Positions 40,400 through 52,500 of a stretch of 64,000 nt of DNA are shown here, piece after piece (within the stretch, counting starts at the first letter, position 1; every line of letters begins with the position of its first letter). The notes under the pieces are model-generated. The model searched no databases. It was not told the DNA's origin and saw only the letters and a list, made by a program, of their open reading frames with translations. Made by a program: the position numbers and the translations under genes. Source of the DNA: Paraspadella gotoi (lineage: Eukaryota > Animalia > Chaetognatha); assembly GCA_051294375.1 (NCBI GenBank), contig CM119264.1, forward strand, positions 18,693,581 through 18,757,580, in the 5' to 3' direction.

Positions 40400-43300
40400 C
40401 TCGCTATAGCGGTTTATATTCGCGTCCTCCCTTCTGTTGTTATTGTCGCTTCTCGCTTTTATTCCCCCAACATTTTCTTTCTCCTTTATCGCAGTCATTG
40501 TTATTCTCTCCATAATTTGTCGTCGTTAAGACGGTTCGCCTCTGATTTATCTTGGCTCCTTCCTATATTGCGGAAATGTCGAGATGGAGACGCCCTCGTT
40601 GTCGATGANNNNNNNNNNNNNNNNNNNNNNNNNNNNNNNNNNNNNNNNNNNNNNNNNNNNNNNNNNNNNNNNNNNNNNNNNNNNNNNNNNNNNNNNNNNN
40701 NNNNNNNNNNNNNNNNNNNNNNNNNNNNNNNNNNNNNNNNNNNNNNNNNNNNNNAGAGAGAGAGAGAGAGAGATACACCATGGAAATAAAAAATGAGAAT
40801 AAAAATCAGGCCGAAGCTTAGAAAGTCAGCACTCTCGACTTGTTCCGTCTTTTCCCCGCCTTTTATTTCGCTCTTTTCTCTTTTTTTTACTCATTTCTTA
40901 TCTTACGCGAAACTGATCTTTTTTTTCCCTTTACTCTTACTCTTCCCTTCCGTTATGTCTTTTTTATTTTGTCATTTTCATTTGATTCTTTTTTTTCCCT
41001 TTTTTTCCTTCTTTTTTTTTACTTTTAACTTTTCTTTTTTTTCTTATTTTTCTCCATTTTTCTTACCTTTTTCTTTCTTATTTCCTTTCTTTCTCCTATC
41101 TTATTCTTTACCTTCTTTAAAATCTGTACTTTCCTTTTTTTTTCTAACAATCTCCCTTTCATTTCCCTTTTTATCATAGGTTTTTTCTCATTATTTTTTA
41201 TCATTCCTTTTTTCTCTTCTTTTCTCTGACAGCCACATTAAAATTCCGCGGAATAAACGCGTCTCTTTCTTCCGACTTTCTAATCAGTAGAAGAGAGAGA
41301 GAGAGGAAGAGAGGAGAGAGGAGGCGAGAGAGAGAGAGAGAGAGAGAGAGAAGGAGGAGAAAGAGAAGGAGAGAGAGAGAGGACGAGAGAGAGGAGGAGA
41401 AGAGATAGAGTGAGGGAGAGAAGAGAGGAGAGAGAGGATGAGAGAGAGAGAGAGACAGCAAGAGTAAGAAATTCTTACTAAAGGTAATTGGGCAAATAGC
41501 AATAGACAGGCAAATAATTGGAGCTGGAGAAATAGACAGGAAAATAATTGCCTCAAAGAGCACTCAAATGAGCCACTCGGAAACTAAATTACTAGCACGA
41601 AAATGCTTTGAAAAGCCAATAAATGTAAAAACTAATTTTTTTTCGCATAATACTTAGTTAAATCTCTTGGGGAAAATTATCGCTTACTACAGAGGTAAAA
41701 TTGTTGCGAAAAAGTCTCCAAATCTTAATCTTTTAACTTCCCAGTTCCCATCCTTCTACTATTTGAAACCCGCCTCTCACCCACCTTCCTGTCGAACAGG
41801 GAAATTAACGAGATCCCCGCCCAAGATCGTCGAGCAGGCGGCGGCCTCGACGGGCTGGCACGGGCGAGTTCCGCAGAATGGGTCGCCACCCCCGAAGCCT
41901 CCCAAGCCGCTTCCCAAGCCGCCACCCATTCCGCCAACACCGCCACCCAGGTTCGGGACGTAACGTGGGTTTCTGTTGCCGCAGCAGTTGCTGTTGTTAC
42001 TGTTATTAATCCCGATTTGATTTTGTTGTTGTTGACGGGACGATGAATGTGAACTGTTTTCGATCAAAAAAATTAAGAAAAGTCATTTAATTAGAACTCG
42101 GCCCAATATAATCAAGGAAAATTTAATCATCTTGTTGTAATAGTTGAAGAAGGAAGAAGGGAACTTTCGGCTTAGACGACTATAATTTTGGTTATATCTT
42201 TTACGCACTCACATGATTCCTTTCTGGGCAGAGACCTCCCTCGGGCAACGGCACAATTCGTCGATGGCTCGTACAATCTCCTCTGAATAATTAATTACAT
42301 TCAAAAAGAATTGGTCTCTTTTCCCAAAACACTCCTCTGTTCATAAAACCAAAATCCAATCCCTAAACTTAATTCCTAACTGTAACCTAATCCTTTGATA
42401 TTAATAAAGACATAATAGTTAGTTTATTCAAAGTCAAATAAAACCAAATTAAATAAACAGGAGGCAAAAGAGCGACTGATTTCAGGCTCAAATCGAATAC
42501 GTGATATTGATTGCAAAATATAATCCCGGTTTACTGGCCAATACAAAAAGAAGGAACTGCCATTTATTTAAGTTGCACCTGGGAATCTGACACCTTAACC
42601 CTAATCCTAATCCATAATCCTTAACCTTAAGATTAAGCCTAATCCTTAATATAATTCCTAACCTAATCCTTAATCTTTAACCTAACCTTTAAATATAAAA
42701 ACTTATTTCAAATTCAATCGTTTTCTAAATGAGATGTCTCACCGATGTCCAGAATTTCCGCTGCACGACGAATGGCAGATAGGCCGTCGTCGCAGCTGAT
42801 CACCGACTTTAAAAAAAAGAGNNNNNNNNNNNNNNNNNNNNNNNNNTGAGACGTCCAAGATGAAATCAAATAAGTTTTACATTTCTCGAAATTGTTTTTA
42901 CCTTGTAGAGAGGAGATCCCAGATGAAGCGAAGATCTCAGCGTATCTCCCGATTGCACACCGAGGGAGTCCAAGTCTGTTTATCGATAAATCACTGTTTC
43001 CGTTTCCTTTTTCTCAATGCCAATTACCGGAAAAAAAAGTTTCAGGAACGACTGATTTTTTACGAGCTTGACCGCGAAGCCGGGTCAGCTCTATAATGTT
43101 TTAGGGTTGCTCTCTTTGTGACGTAGTGTCGTCGTCGTCGTCCGTCGTCGTCGTCGTCACGCTGTTTTCATAATATAAAAATCTTAAAGCAAAGGAATCG
43201 AGCCTATTGATGATAACCAATATTGATGCATGACAAACCAAAATAATTGAGCGATATAACCAATAAATGATGCATGATAATAAAATAACTGATTGTGATA

Positions 43301-44033
43301 TGATCACAAGATGATGATGCGATGATAGCACTCATTGATGTGTGATATCATGTCATTGATAGAATAATCATTTCATTGATCGCGATGATAGTCCATTCAT
43401 TGACGCGAAGTGTTTTTAACACTTACTTTTTAGCTACATTGGATCTCTCTCTCTCTCTCTCTCTCTCTCACCTCGATACATGATCTCCGGTGATCGAAAT
43501 TTGCTCTCAAGTTGCAAACACTGTCGAAGAAGTATCCGCTCTTGGAGACCATCTTGGCAAGATGCACCCGAAAGGCCTCGCGGCGCTCCTGCGCATTGGC
43601 GGCGGCGAAGTTCCGACTAAATCATCGATTCGTCAGTGGAAGGAAAGTGAACTTACCTTTGAGTAATTGACAAAGACGACGAGATCTTGGTTGAGTCGGT
43701 TTTTGTCCAATACCTCCAACACTTGATCGAGACGGACCTGATTGTTTAGAGAGAAGGATTGTTCAATAAAAATTCTTGTTCGACATAATCTTTTTCTTTA
43801 CTTGCTGCTCGGTGTAGAGACCCTTTTGTTCTTCGGCGAGACAAGGGGCGCAAGATGGTTTTCTTAGCGCCAAATGAATTTCGCGCTTCGTGGTTCCATG
43901 ACGTTCGACCTTGGCGACGCTGCCGATCAAAATTACGTGCAACGTTTTCTAAAAAAAACTTCTTTAGGTTATTAATTTCGATTCCGAACCTGTAAGCCGT
44001 CGGGCAAGGTCCGCAATCTTCCTCGTTGTTCAT
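37509..44033 (-). CDS. BTB/POZ + BACK domain protein without kelch repeats, about 440 aa, about 12 exons
   Basis: Minus-strand exons: 44033-43990, 43862-43802, 43737-43657, 43588-43472, 42975-42902 (indel-damaged), 42806-42743, 42282-42213, 42053-41785, 38313-38129, 38007-37918, 37851-37709 and 37641-37509. BTB: QDLVVFVNYSKERREAFRVHLAKMVSKSGYFF...IRRAAEILDIEEIV. BACK: EEFLKCTLEQVLFILASDLIRVPDEMFVFRAAMRWIYYDQKSRLKHAAEVLENVRF. Phases fit at every junction except the exon beside the N gap. The first two exons are less certain. Confidence 0.85.
37566..37579. promoter_or_regulatory. RFX X-box GTTGCCATAGTAAC inside the last BTB-BACK exon
   Basis: Near-perfect match to the 14-bp RFX consensus. Confidence 0.4.
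40609..40754. other. Assembly gap (other gaps at 3593-3602, 5742-5751, 42822-42846, 61029-61053 and 62786-62810)
   Basis: Runs of N. Confidence 0.99.
42592..42690. repeat. Degenerate (CCTAA/CCCTAA/TCCTAA)n telomere-like intronic repeat
   Basis: ACCTTAACCCTAATCCTAATCC...CCTAACCTAATCCTTAATCTTTAACCTAACC, with a similar shorter patch at about 42355-42395. Confidence 0.55.
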
Positions 44034-44381
44034 AATTTTTTTGTTTCAGACTTTTCAAATGGTTTAATCGTGATTTCTACGCCTAGAAAATATTTTAAAC
44101 GGATATTTTTCGAGGCGGGATGCTTATAATGACTGGACATTGGACAAAGAAAAAATAGTGGGATTTTTCCCCAAAAAAATTTACATAAATCAAATTAAAT
44201 GAAATTGGTATAACCAATATAATAGTATCGATTCTCAGCAATATAAAATATTCATGTTCATACAAAGAAAAGAAATATCAATTGTTATGAAAGTTTATGG
44301 ACGCCATTGTCAAATTGTCAAGTTCCAAGATCCTTCTTAAGCTGACAAATCGCAATAATCTTCTCCTCTGACTCCATACTC

Positions 44382-44414
<33 letters not shown>

Positions 44415-45089
44415 TTTAATCAGAACTCATCAATTACGGTCGAGTCTGAGCCTTTCAATAATCCCAGCGACTCTCGACTTGCGTTTCATCTTCGACCTTT
44501 CCCCAGCGCCCTTCTATCCCCCGATCTCTCGCTCCGTCTATATCCCGCTTTTCACTCTTTATCCGCCCGAATTTTCCCCACACCTCTAGGATTCCCTTCT
44601 TCTCAAGCGAGGACTTCTCTTTCAGCAGACGCGTGGTAAGGTCGGGGCGGATTTTCCGTTTCGATCTTCTCTACTTTATTTTTCTTTCCGAGTGGAGCAC
44701 GTCATTGTTCATATGTTGGCTTTACCCCCACGTTTTTTCCAGGCATTAAAGCAGGTTCCTTGTTTTCTTGGTGGTTTCGACCCACCCTGGGTCTTTTAAC
44801 AACATTTGACAAGAGGCGAACCACGTCCTGGCTCATGGTTTCACAAAACGACCCCCACTCCACCCCAGACACCGCCGCCACCATCCGCCCTCGCTCCCTT
44901 CACACCTCGTTTTTCCCCCGAATCACCTCTCTCTTTCACCAACGGCGGAGGAGAGGGAAATAGAAGGAGAGAGACAGAGAGAGAGAAGGAGAGAGACAGA
45001 GAGAGAGAGAATCCCGAGATGACTGATGATTGTTTCGTATGCTCTGAATATGCTCCGAATATGCTCGGTGAATGTGCGACTGGAGGACT

Positions 45090-45131
<42 letters not shown>

Positions 45132-47399
45132 CTCATCCGCCTTTTGTAGCAAGCCGGTACAGAAGGCGTTTTGATGTTGAATAATCGAAAGTCGGAGTCA
45201 CGACTGTAAAAAACTACATTTTTAAGGCGGAGATTGGGCGCGGCCGCGTGGAGCCAACTCCCTTCGCGACTTCAAGAGCGAGAGGCGAAGTCGGCGCGAA
45301 TATATCTCTCTCGCCGCCAACTCTATCGATCCTTGTCTCGTAAACGCCCAACTTTCTCCTCTATGCGATTCAATCTCAGTCATGAATCGTAAAGAGGAAA
45401 AAAACTTGCCCGCTCTCTCTCCCTCTCTCTCTCTCTCTCTCCCTCTCCCTCTCCCTCTCTCTCTCTCTCTCTGTGTTTATTACCGGAACTGTTTTTTTGC
45501 GCAACACAACGCCATTCATCACAAGTTCTTGTCTCTTGATAATAAGCAGCTTCGACGGCGTGGCGGCGGCGGAGGTGGTGAGGTGAAGTCTTAAGGTGCT
45601 ACCTCGGGTGCTGCGGTTTTTGCTACAGCTGCTGCTGCTGAAGTCATATTTTTTTCTTTCGGCGAAAAGAATTTCCGCTAAAGAGAAAAAGAAGATGGGA
45701 GGCGAAGAAGGTGACCGAGAAAACGAGACCGGGATCACGTGACTTTGTGGGGATTTATTCTGTGTGGGGAAAAAAAACTCAAACACATAATTATAGAGAA
45801 AACATAAAGCTTGTCACCTAGGAAGAGAGACTCATGTGTAATGTAAAAACTGTAAAAAATTAAATTTTTTTAGGACAGCCAAGTTTGCTCTTCGAACATT
45901 TCAGTTGAAATGTAAATTTGTTTATACTCTTAATTCTCTTCTATATTTGGCGAGAAAAGAAATATTTTTTCATTATTCCTCATCGTAAAACTGATCGTAA
46001 TCGTAATCGTGTCTTCAAATTCGCGAAAAAAAATCAAAATAAGTTGCGAATTCGGTAGTTAACATCGGGTCGAGTCAACTAAAGTAGATTTAAAGATTTA
46101 AGAGTAGATTTAAAATAGAACATAAATCGTTGATGGTCTCTCAAGCATGAAATTCGAACAACCTAGAACACTTGTTTACGCCACATTTATACACAAGTTT
46201 ATGAATAATCTTTTCCCGGAAGACATTTCTTAAAACAAAACACACTCGTGTGTTTTCTGAAGGAGAAAAAAAAAGATTGATGGCTATTCTTGGATGGAGA
46301 TGAGAACAACGAGCAAAGTTGAAAGAGGAAATGGAAAAGTGACAAACAAAAAAAAAACCCAGAGAGAGACAGACTTTCTCGCCTCCGCGACGAAGGAAAG
46401 AAAAGAAAGAAGGAAAGAAAAGAAAGAAGGAAAGAAAAGAAGGGAAAAAGAAGAAAGAAAAGAGGAAAAAAAGAAAAAAAAAAGAGGAAAGTAGCGGAAA
46501 AAAAAAGATGGCGAGAAAAGAATTTATGTAAAGCTTGTGAAGTTGTTCGAGAAGAAGGATAGAAAGTTAATAAGGATAACGGAAAGAAAAATTCTGACAC
46601 AAGTTTAACTAAGTCTGAGGAGGTGACAAAGAAAATAAAGAGTAAAAGGGTTTGCAGAAAGATTGACACAAAACATGGAGAAAAAAATTATTTAAAAAAA
46701 AAAAAGAAAAACATTGTTCCGGCGAAAGAGAATTGGGGTCGAAAGAAAAAGGGTGAAGGGTTGCGCTCCGTTGTATCTTCTTCCTCTTCCTCATCTTCGC
46801 TTCCGAAACAATTTCGGCTCCGAGTGACTCGAAAAATAGTCGCGTCTCTCCAGTTTTATATCGACTTCCGCTCGAATCGCCGGAAGGGGGGAGGGTGTGT
46901 GTGGGGGCGGGAGTCGGGATTGGACTCAGCTCGAAGCCCCTCTCAATTCCACCGCTGCCTCCACCCGGTCTTTCTCTCAATATCCCATTCCCTCTTCCAA
47001 CGCTCGTCTCCAATTTCAATCTCTACTCCTCGACAACGCCCGCCACTCTTAATCTCTCCTCAACGATCCTGCATCTGTAAACGAAGCCGAGAAACCGGGG
47101 GAGCCCGGGAGCTTGGAGGCTGGGGTGAAGGGCAGAGAGAGGAGACGGACAGAGAGAAGAGTTAAGGGCGGAGAGATGGTACGGGCACGAAACGAGAGAA
47201 AAGCCGAGAGATGCAAAGGGGCAGAGAGACAGAGAGGGCACATAGAGAAGAGATCTGTGAGAAGGCAGAGACCAGTAGGCGTTCGTCTTAATCCTGCTCC
47301 ACGATTTGTCCTTCCCCCACACGAAGGAAAACCAATCACCTTCTTTCCCTCTTCCCCTTCATCCTCTTCTCTTGATTTTTAACGTTTTTCTTTTTATTT

Positions 47400-47553
47400 A
47401 ACAAAGTTTGGAAAATGTTTCGTCAACGGATTTTTTATAGTATAAGACGACAGTTCGACTCTTCATTTCGAGTCTCATCAGCGAAATGAGAGTCGAAAAC
47501 ATGTCCTTATACTAATAAAAAATCGTTGACGAAACATATTTCCAAACTTTGTT
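47400..47553. repeat. Long imperfect inverted repeat (about 70-bp arms, 11-nt spacer) centred on a Penelope-type hammerhead-ribozyme-like core
   Basis: Left arm AACAAAGTTTGGAAAATGTTTCGTCAACG...GACTCTTCATTTCG; right arm CGAAATGAGAGTCG...CGTTGACGAAACATATTTCCAAACTTTGTT. The minus strand reads CTGATGA-GACTC-gaaatgaa-GAGTC-GAA-ctgtc-GTC. The inverted repeat is directly visible; the hammerhead call is less sure. Confidence 0.8.
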
Positions 47554-48871
47554 TAAAATCTCTATACTCAACGATGCCAACGAGGATACACAATGCGACC
47601 AATTCTATAAACCTTTTTTCTTTATATTTTAACTGATGTTATTCCTTCTACCCGGTTGCTACGATTTTCCACTTCATGTCCTTGCTTTCCCACTGATTTT
47701 TTTTTTCTCTCTTCCTTTCCAGTCGCTTGTAAACGAGTTCTATTTATTCTATTCTCTCCGCGTCAATATTTATTCCCTGTTATATTTCGTTCTTTCAACT
47801 TTTTTTTCAAAATCTCTTTTCTATATTTTTATGCTCGCTCCCCTTTCGCTTGTCTCGTTTTTCCTCCTTATAACGCCCACCACCCCAGAGAGGTGGCACC
47901 CTCCCTCCCATTCCTGCCACGCCCCCTTTTCGCTCGGCTCGTTCCGCCTCTTCATTGTTCAACGTTCTTAACAGTTTTAAGCCTGATAATTCTGTCAATC
48001 TTCTCTCGTCTCCTCTTGGAGATTTTCTTTTTTTTTCGAACCGCCTTCCACTTCCTCGACATCGCTTGTTGTTGTTTTCCGCCTTCATCATCGCTGAATA
48101 ATCAACTGGATAATTATTCTCAAGTTACGAGCGGGCTTAATCTCTCTCAGAGAATGGAGTGGCAGCCTTCCACCTCCGCCGTTTCTCTGTGCCACATCCT
48201 CCGACAAACTCCAACCGACTCTCGCTACCACCTCCGCCCGCTCATCTCATCTCATCTCATCCGTCCGCTCATCTCATCTCACCTGACAACGTCGTAATCT
48301 CTCGCCGAATTCAGTTTTTTTTTCCATTCCAGAGAGACCGAACGAATCCGCCAAGCAAAACGTGGCCAAGCGACCAAGCAACTCTCGCCTTGATTTTTAT
48401 CCCCGACATGACAAGCAGTAATCCACCCATTTCTAAAAAGGGTAAAAGAAAAAAGACTGGAGGTTAAGAGGGAAGGTGGAGAGGTGGAGAGGTGGAGAGG
48501 TGGAGAGGTGGGGATGTGGCGATGTGAGAGGGGAGAAGAGGAAGAGGCAGATGGAATGAAGAAGATAAAAACACATGGAGGATGGAGAGAAGATTAAGAG
48601 AAATTCCTAAAGAGACCGTTACAATCTGCCGCGTTCTATTTCCTCTCTTGAATTTTTTTATAAATAAAGCAGGGCGAAACTAATGTCGGACTAAAAACCG
48701 CCTCATCGCCTCTCGCTTTTTTGTTTCGTTTCTGTTCACTAGGTTTGACCTCGCTCTCTGAATAAGTCTCGTACGCACGGTGCGAAACCTCGCCACAACG
48801 CTTCTTTTTCTATTTATCATAAACTAACGCAACATCGGAATAATTAAGAGGATAACCTTAACAAATCCGCT

Positions 48872-49350
48872 TACAAGCAACGATTAAAACAAGATTGAGC
48901 AAACAATGCCGGATCTGCCCACGATCATTCGCGGTAAGCAGCTGATAAAATAATTAATTAATTAATTATTTATTTATTTGCGTCAAAATCGTTTTCCACT
49001 TTGTCTCGCCTCTCAATCAATTAATTAATGCAGCTTGAATTTACATTTTATATAAATGTGAATAGATTTTTTATTTTTTCCATTTTAACTCATTTCCACT
49101 TGGACGATTCCATCGAAACTTGATTTCCGGCTCAATCATACACTTTCCTACCCACAAACAAAATTTCATTTTAATCCATCCATCTAATTATAAATTTTAA
49201 AAAATCAGGTAAATGTAACTTGTTTTTTTCCATTTTAACTCATTTCCACTTGGACGATTCCATCAAAACTTTATTTCCTGCTCAATCACATTCCTACATA
49301 CAAAAAGTCAATCGCCCCTTACAATTGGCGTTCGCAGCTAACAGGGGATG

Positions 49351-49397
<47 letters not shown>

Positions 49398-49555
49398 GGC
49401 CGGACGGACATCAATTTTTTCGTATAATTTATTATAATTAGATATCTGAAATGATGTAAGTGACTTACCGACAATATTTTAGGGTGGGAACGACGGACCG
49501 ACAAAGTGGATTATAGAGCCGAGATCTGTGCTGTAAGCAGATCCGGTAAAAAAAA
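48872..49555 (+). mobile_element. Near-complete Helentron-associated non-autonomous element (HINE/DINE-1-like)
   Basis: Subterminal inverted repeat CCGGATCTGC (48909-48918) / GCAGATCCGG (49537-49546), an internal 150-bp-period duplication (49081 vs 49231), a (GACA)n microsatellite at about 49350-49400, and a 3' hairpin followed by an A-run. Related copies at 29807-30130, 63845-63920 and 4294-4398. Confidence 0.75.
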
Positions 49556-52500
49556 CCCAAAAAATATTCCTCGTTATCCCCGGGAGCTCGCACTGAGAAG
49601 CTGACCTGTCAACTCTATTCATGGTCCAAAACCTCCAATAATCCGATTTTGCGAGCTCTCCGCCAAAAAGTCCCTATTCTACTGACAAGACTACATTCTT
49701 TCTTTTTTTCCTTTATTTTTCTTGTATTTCTTTCTTTATTTCTTTCTTCTTTATTCTTTAACTTATATTTTCTATCTATCTCTTTATCCTTTCTCTCCCT
49801 TACTGCTGTCATGGTAAGTGGTACCCTTTCAAGCTATTCTTGTAAAATATCCGAGGCGACCTACCCGCCCCTTTAAACAACCTCCCCCAGTTTCTTCTCT
49901 CTCCTCACGTAAACGCCTTTCAAAACGCCACGTGATACAAAAAGGCTTTTGGAGTTAAAAGAAATTGAAAAAAAAAACAGAAGGCGACCCTATTTCCAGA
50001 ATCTCATGTCGTAAAAAAGCAAGAATCTCGCCTGCCAGCGGCCTTCTCTATCAGCATGGTAGACTCCATTATGGACCCAGCGACCTGACTCTTTCTTAAT
50101 GGTACACCTTAAATGACAGCCTATTGTATGACACTTACTTGAATAACCGCAATTAGTCTCGGGTTGTACTTTTTTGAATACCCCTTGTGCCTTAATCACT
50201 CGGTTTAATCAAAAGTAGTCAGTGTTGATGATACTTTAATAACTGGGCGACGAAACTGACTTGTTTCCTACGTAAAAAATCTTGTGAAAGAGTAAGATAA
50301 AAATTACAAAAGAGTAAAAACTCAAAACCGCTTTTATTTTTTAATTCAATGCCCTCAGTGTAGAGTAAATATTTTTCCTTTTGCCTTTTTGTGCAAAAAA
50401 AGTCTGATAAAAAAAAAGGGTTCATCGAAATTCCGCTCGCATAGACGCATTTGCCCCGAAAGATGTTTTCCTTTTTTGTCCGCCTTTCAAAGCCCTTGAA
50501 GGGGGACGCGATCTCGCCAGACAGAACCCAAATCCCAATGACGGATCAGAATCGAGTTGCGGGAAGAAAGTTTTCTCAACTTGCCTAAAAGTTGCAACTG
50601 ATACGAACTACGAAGAGATAATAACTGTTACATCTCTTACACTTGACAAGACAAAAGCTAGTTTAATAGATTTAAATCGTTTAAAAATCTCCCAACTCTC
50701 CAACGTGCAACTTTTACTTAACTTTAATTCCCTTCTTCCTTTCCCCAATTTTTAAAAAAAGATTGCCCCATGCCTTATTTCTTTCCAATTTCCTTCAAAG
50801 TCAATAGTTGCATTTTATGATGAAATTTTGATGCGGGCTTCCCGGCTTTCTCCTTGAACGCCGGGACCTTTGGAAAACACGCGCGGCCTCTTATGCGGTC
50901 AACTCCTCGACTCACGCGAACTTTGCTCTTGGAAAACAAATTAAAACGACTTCCGCGTTCGAACTCAGATTCTCTTTGAGTTTATCGCAGCCATACAAAG
51001 CATTGACATTTTACTACACCGCTTCCGTGCTTAAGATACAACCCCCCAAAAAATTCACAATAAAATCGTAAAAAAGTTACGAAAACAAAAGTTGGTTTTC
51101 CAAAAGCTCTTGAAGATATTTTGGAAGCTTTGTTCGAGGCAAAAACAGATGACCTTTTAGTGTCGAGCATTTTTACTACGAGAAAGACGAGGAAAAGATT
51201 CGAAAAAAAAAAGCATCGGAAGGCGTGCATTGGTGACGTTCTCGTTGTTTTATTGTTTCTGTCGATTACATTCGGCAAAATCTGTAGCCAACTGGAAAGA
51301 GTACAAAGTAAAGGTCGGTCTTGATGAACGACGAACGACGAACTTGGTGCGGCTAATTGCGAACGAAGAATCATTGGAGACGACAAGACGAAGCTCGGAC
51401 TTTTTTTCTTAGCTTCGGTATTATTTATATTACATATGTCTTTTAATTCCGATTTCGCAAAATCTTTAAAAATTAATCTTTGTCCCCATTGAATTCTCCT
51501 TCTTGATCCCAATCCAACCTTTTTTTCGATATGTTTATAGCCAAACATTTGAAGCCCGATCCCATCCTCATACCATTAGATCCACATCCCGGCACATTTC
51601 CTATGCCAATCCTTTACCAGCCAGTTTTCGACGGTTGCCCAATGGCCGTCCCATTCCGAAAAGGCTCGTGTTGGTTTTTTTCTCCTGATCCGCCCTAAAC
51701 TCATTTTGCGAAAAGAGGAAGAGGAAGAAGGCAATTTTTGAAGGCCGTGCCGCCATTTTCCCGTTGGCGCTTTCAGTTTGGCCCGTTGCTGTGTATTTGC
51801 CGGTTGGCAGTTTTAGTTTGGCTCCTTGCCTTTTCTTGGCATCTTGCTATTAGACCCTGAAAATACGCTTGGCGTCTTGTTTTGGGGTTTTTTTTTACTA
51901 ATACTTAGGGGTTAGCTCTTGATCTAGCAATTATATATTTCCTTGTTGTTCATTTGTTGACTTTGACGTTTCTTCCTCGATGCTTTGTCATTGGCTCGTT
52001 TCCGCATTCCGTCAAAGGTTTCTTTACTGAAACTTTTTTTCTTTCTTTAGCGAAAGAAAAACTGTCCTAACCGTTGACGCGAAAAGAAAAAAAATCTTTC
52101 GCCAAGACGGATCAACAACTAACATCGATTGATTCCGCTATCCAATATCCTTTTCCAGAAATACGACCAAAAAACATACAAATTTTAAACTAATCACGAA
52201 TCAAAGTCACTGACCCAATCCAAGTAGCAAAATACGAAATTCGTGATGATTTGATAAGACCCACTGATGCAAGAACGCAGAATCATCCTCATATTTATTT
52301 CAAGACATCAAACATCCAAGTAAAGAACTTGGCTGAAATTTTGACATTGATGTGTTTTTTCTCACTGTATGTATAATCAAATCGCGAAGCCGAAACAGAT
52401 CCGGTTTTAAATGCAAACGCGTTAACCGAATTACCTTTTTTCTCCCCCCTTCCTTCGTTTTTTCTCTCCCACTATTTCCTTAAGGCCTCGGGGGGTGGAG

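Noticed and set aside
42592-42690. True interstitial telomere or chromosome fusion site
   Set aside because: It is short, highly degenerate, of mixed unit length and inside an intron.
47023-47119. Terminal cytoplasmic exon of the Ig-like gene
   Set aside because: The acceptor is good and two frames are open, but other candidates (about 49680 and 54588) fit equally well, so it cannot be assigned without transcripts.
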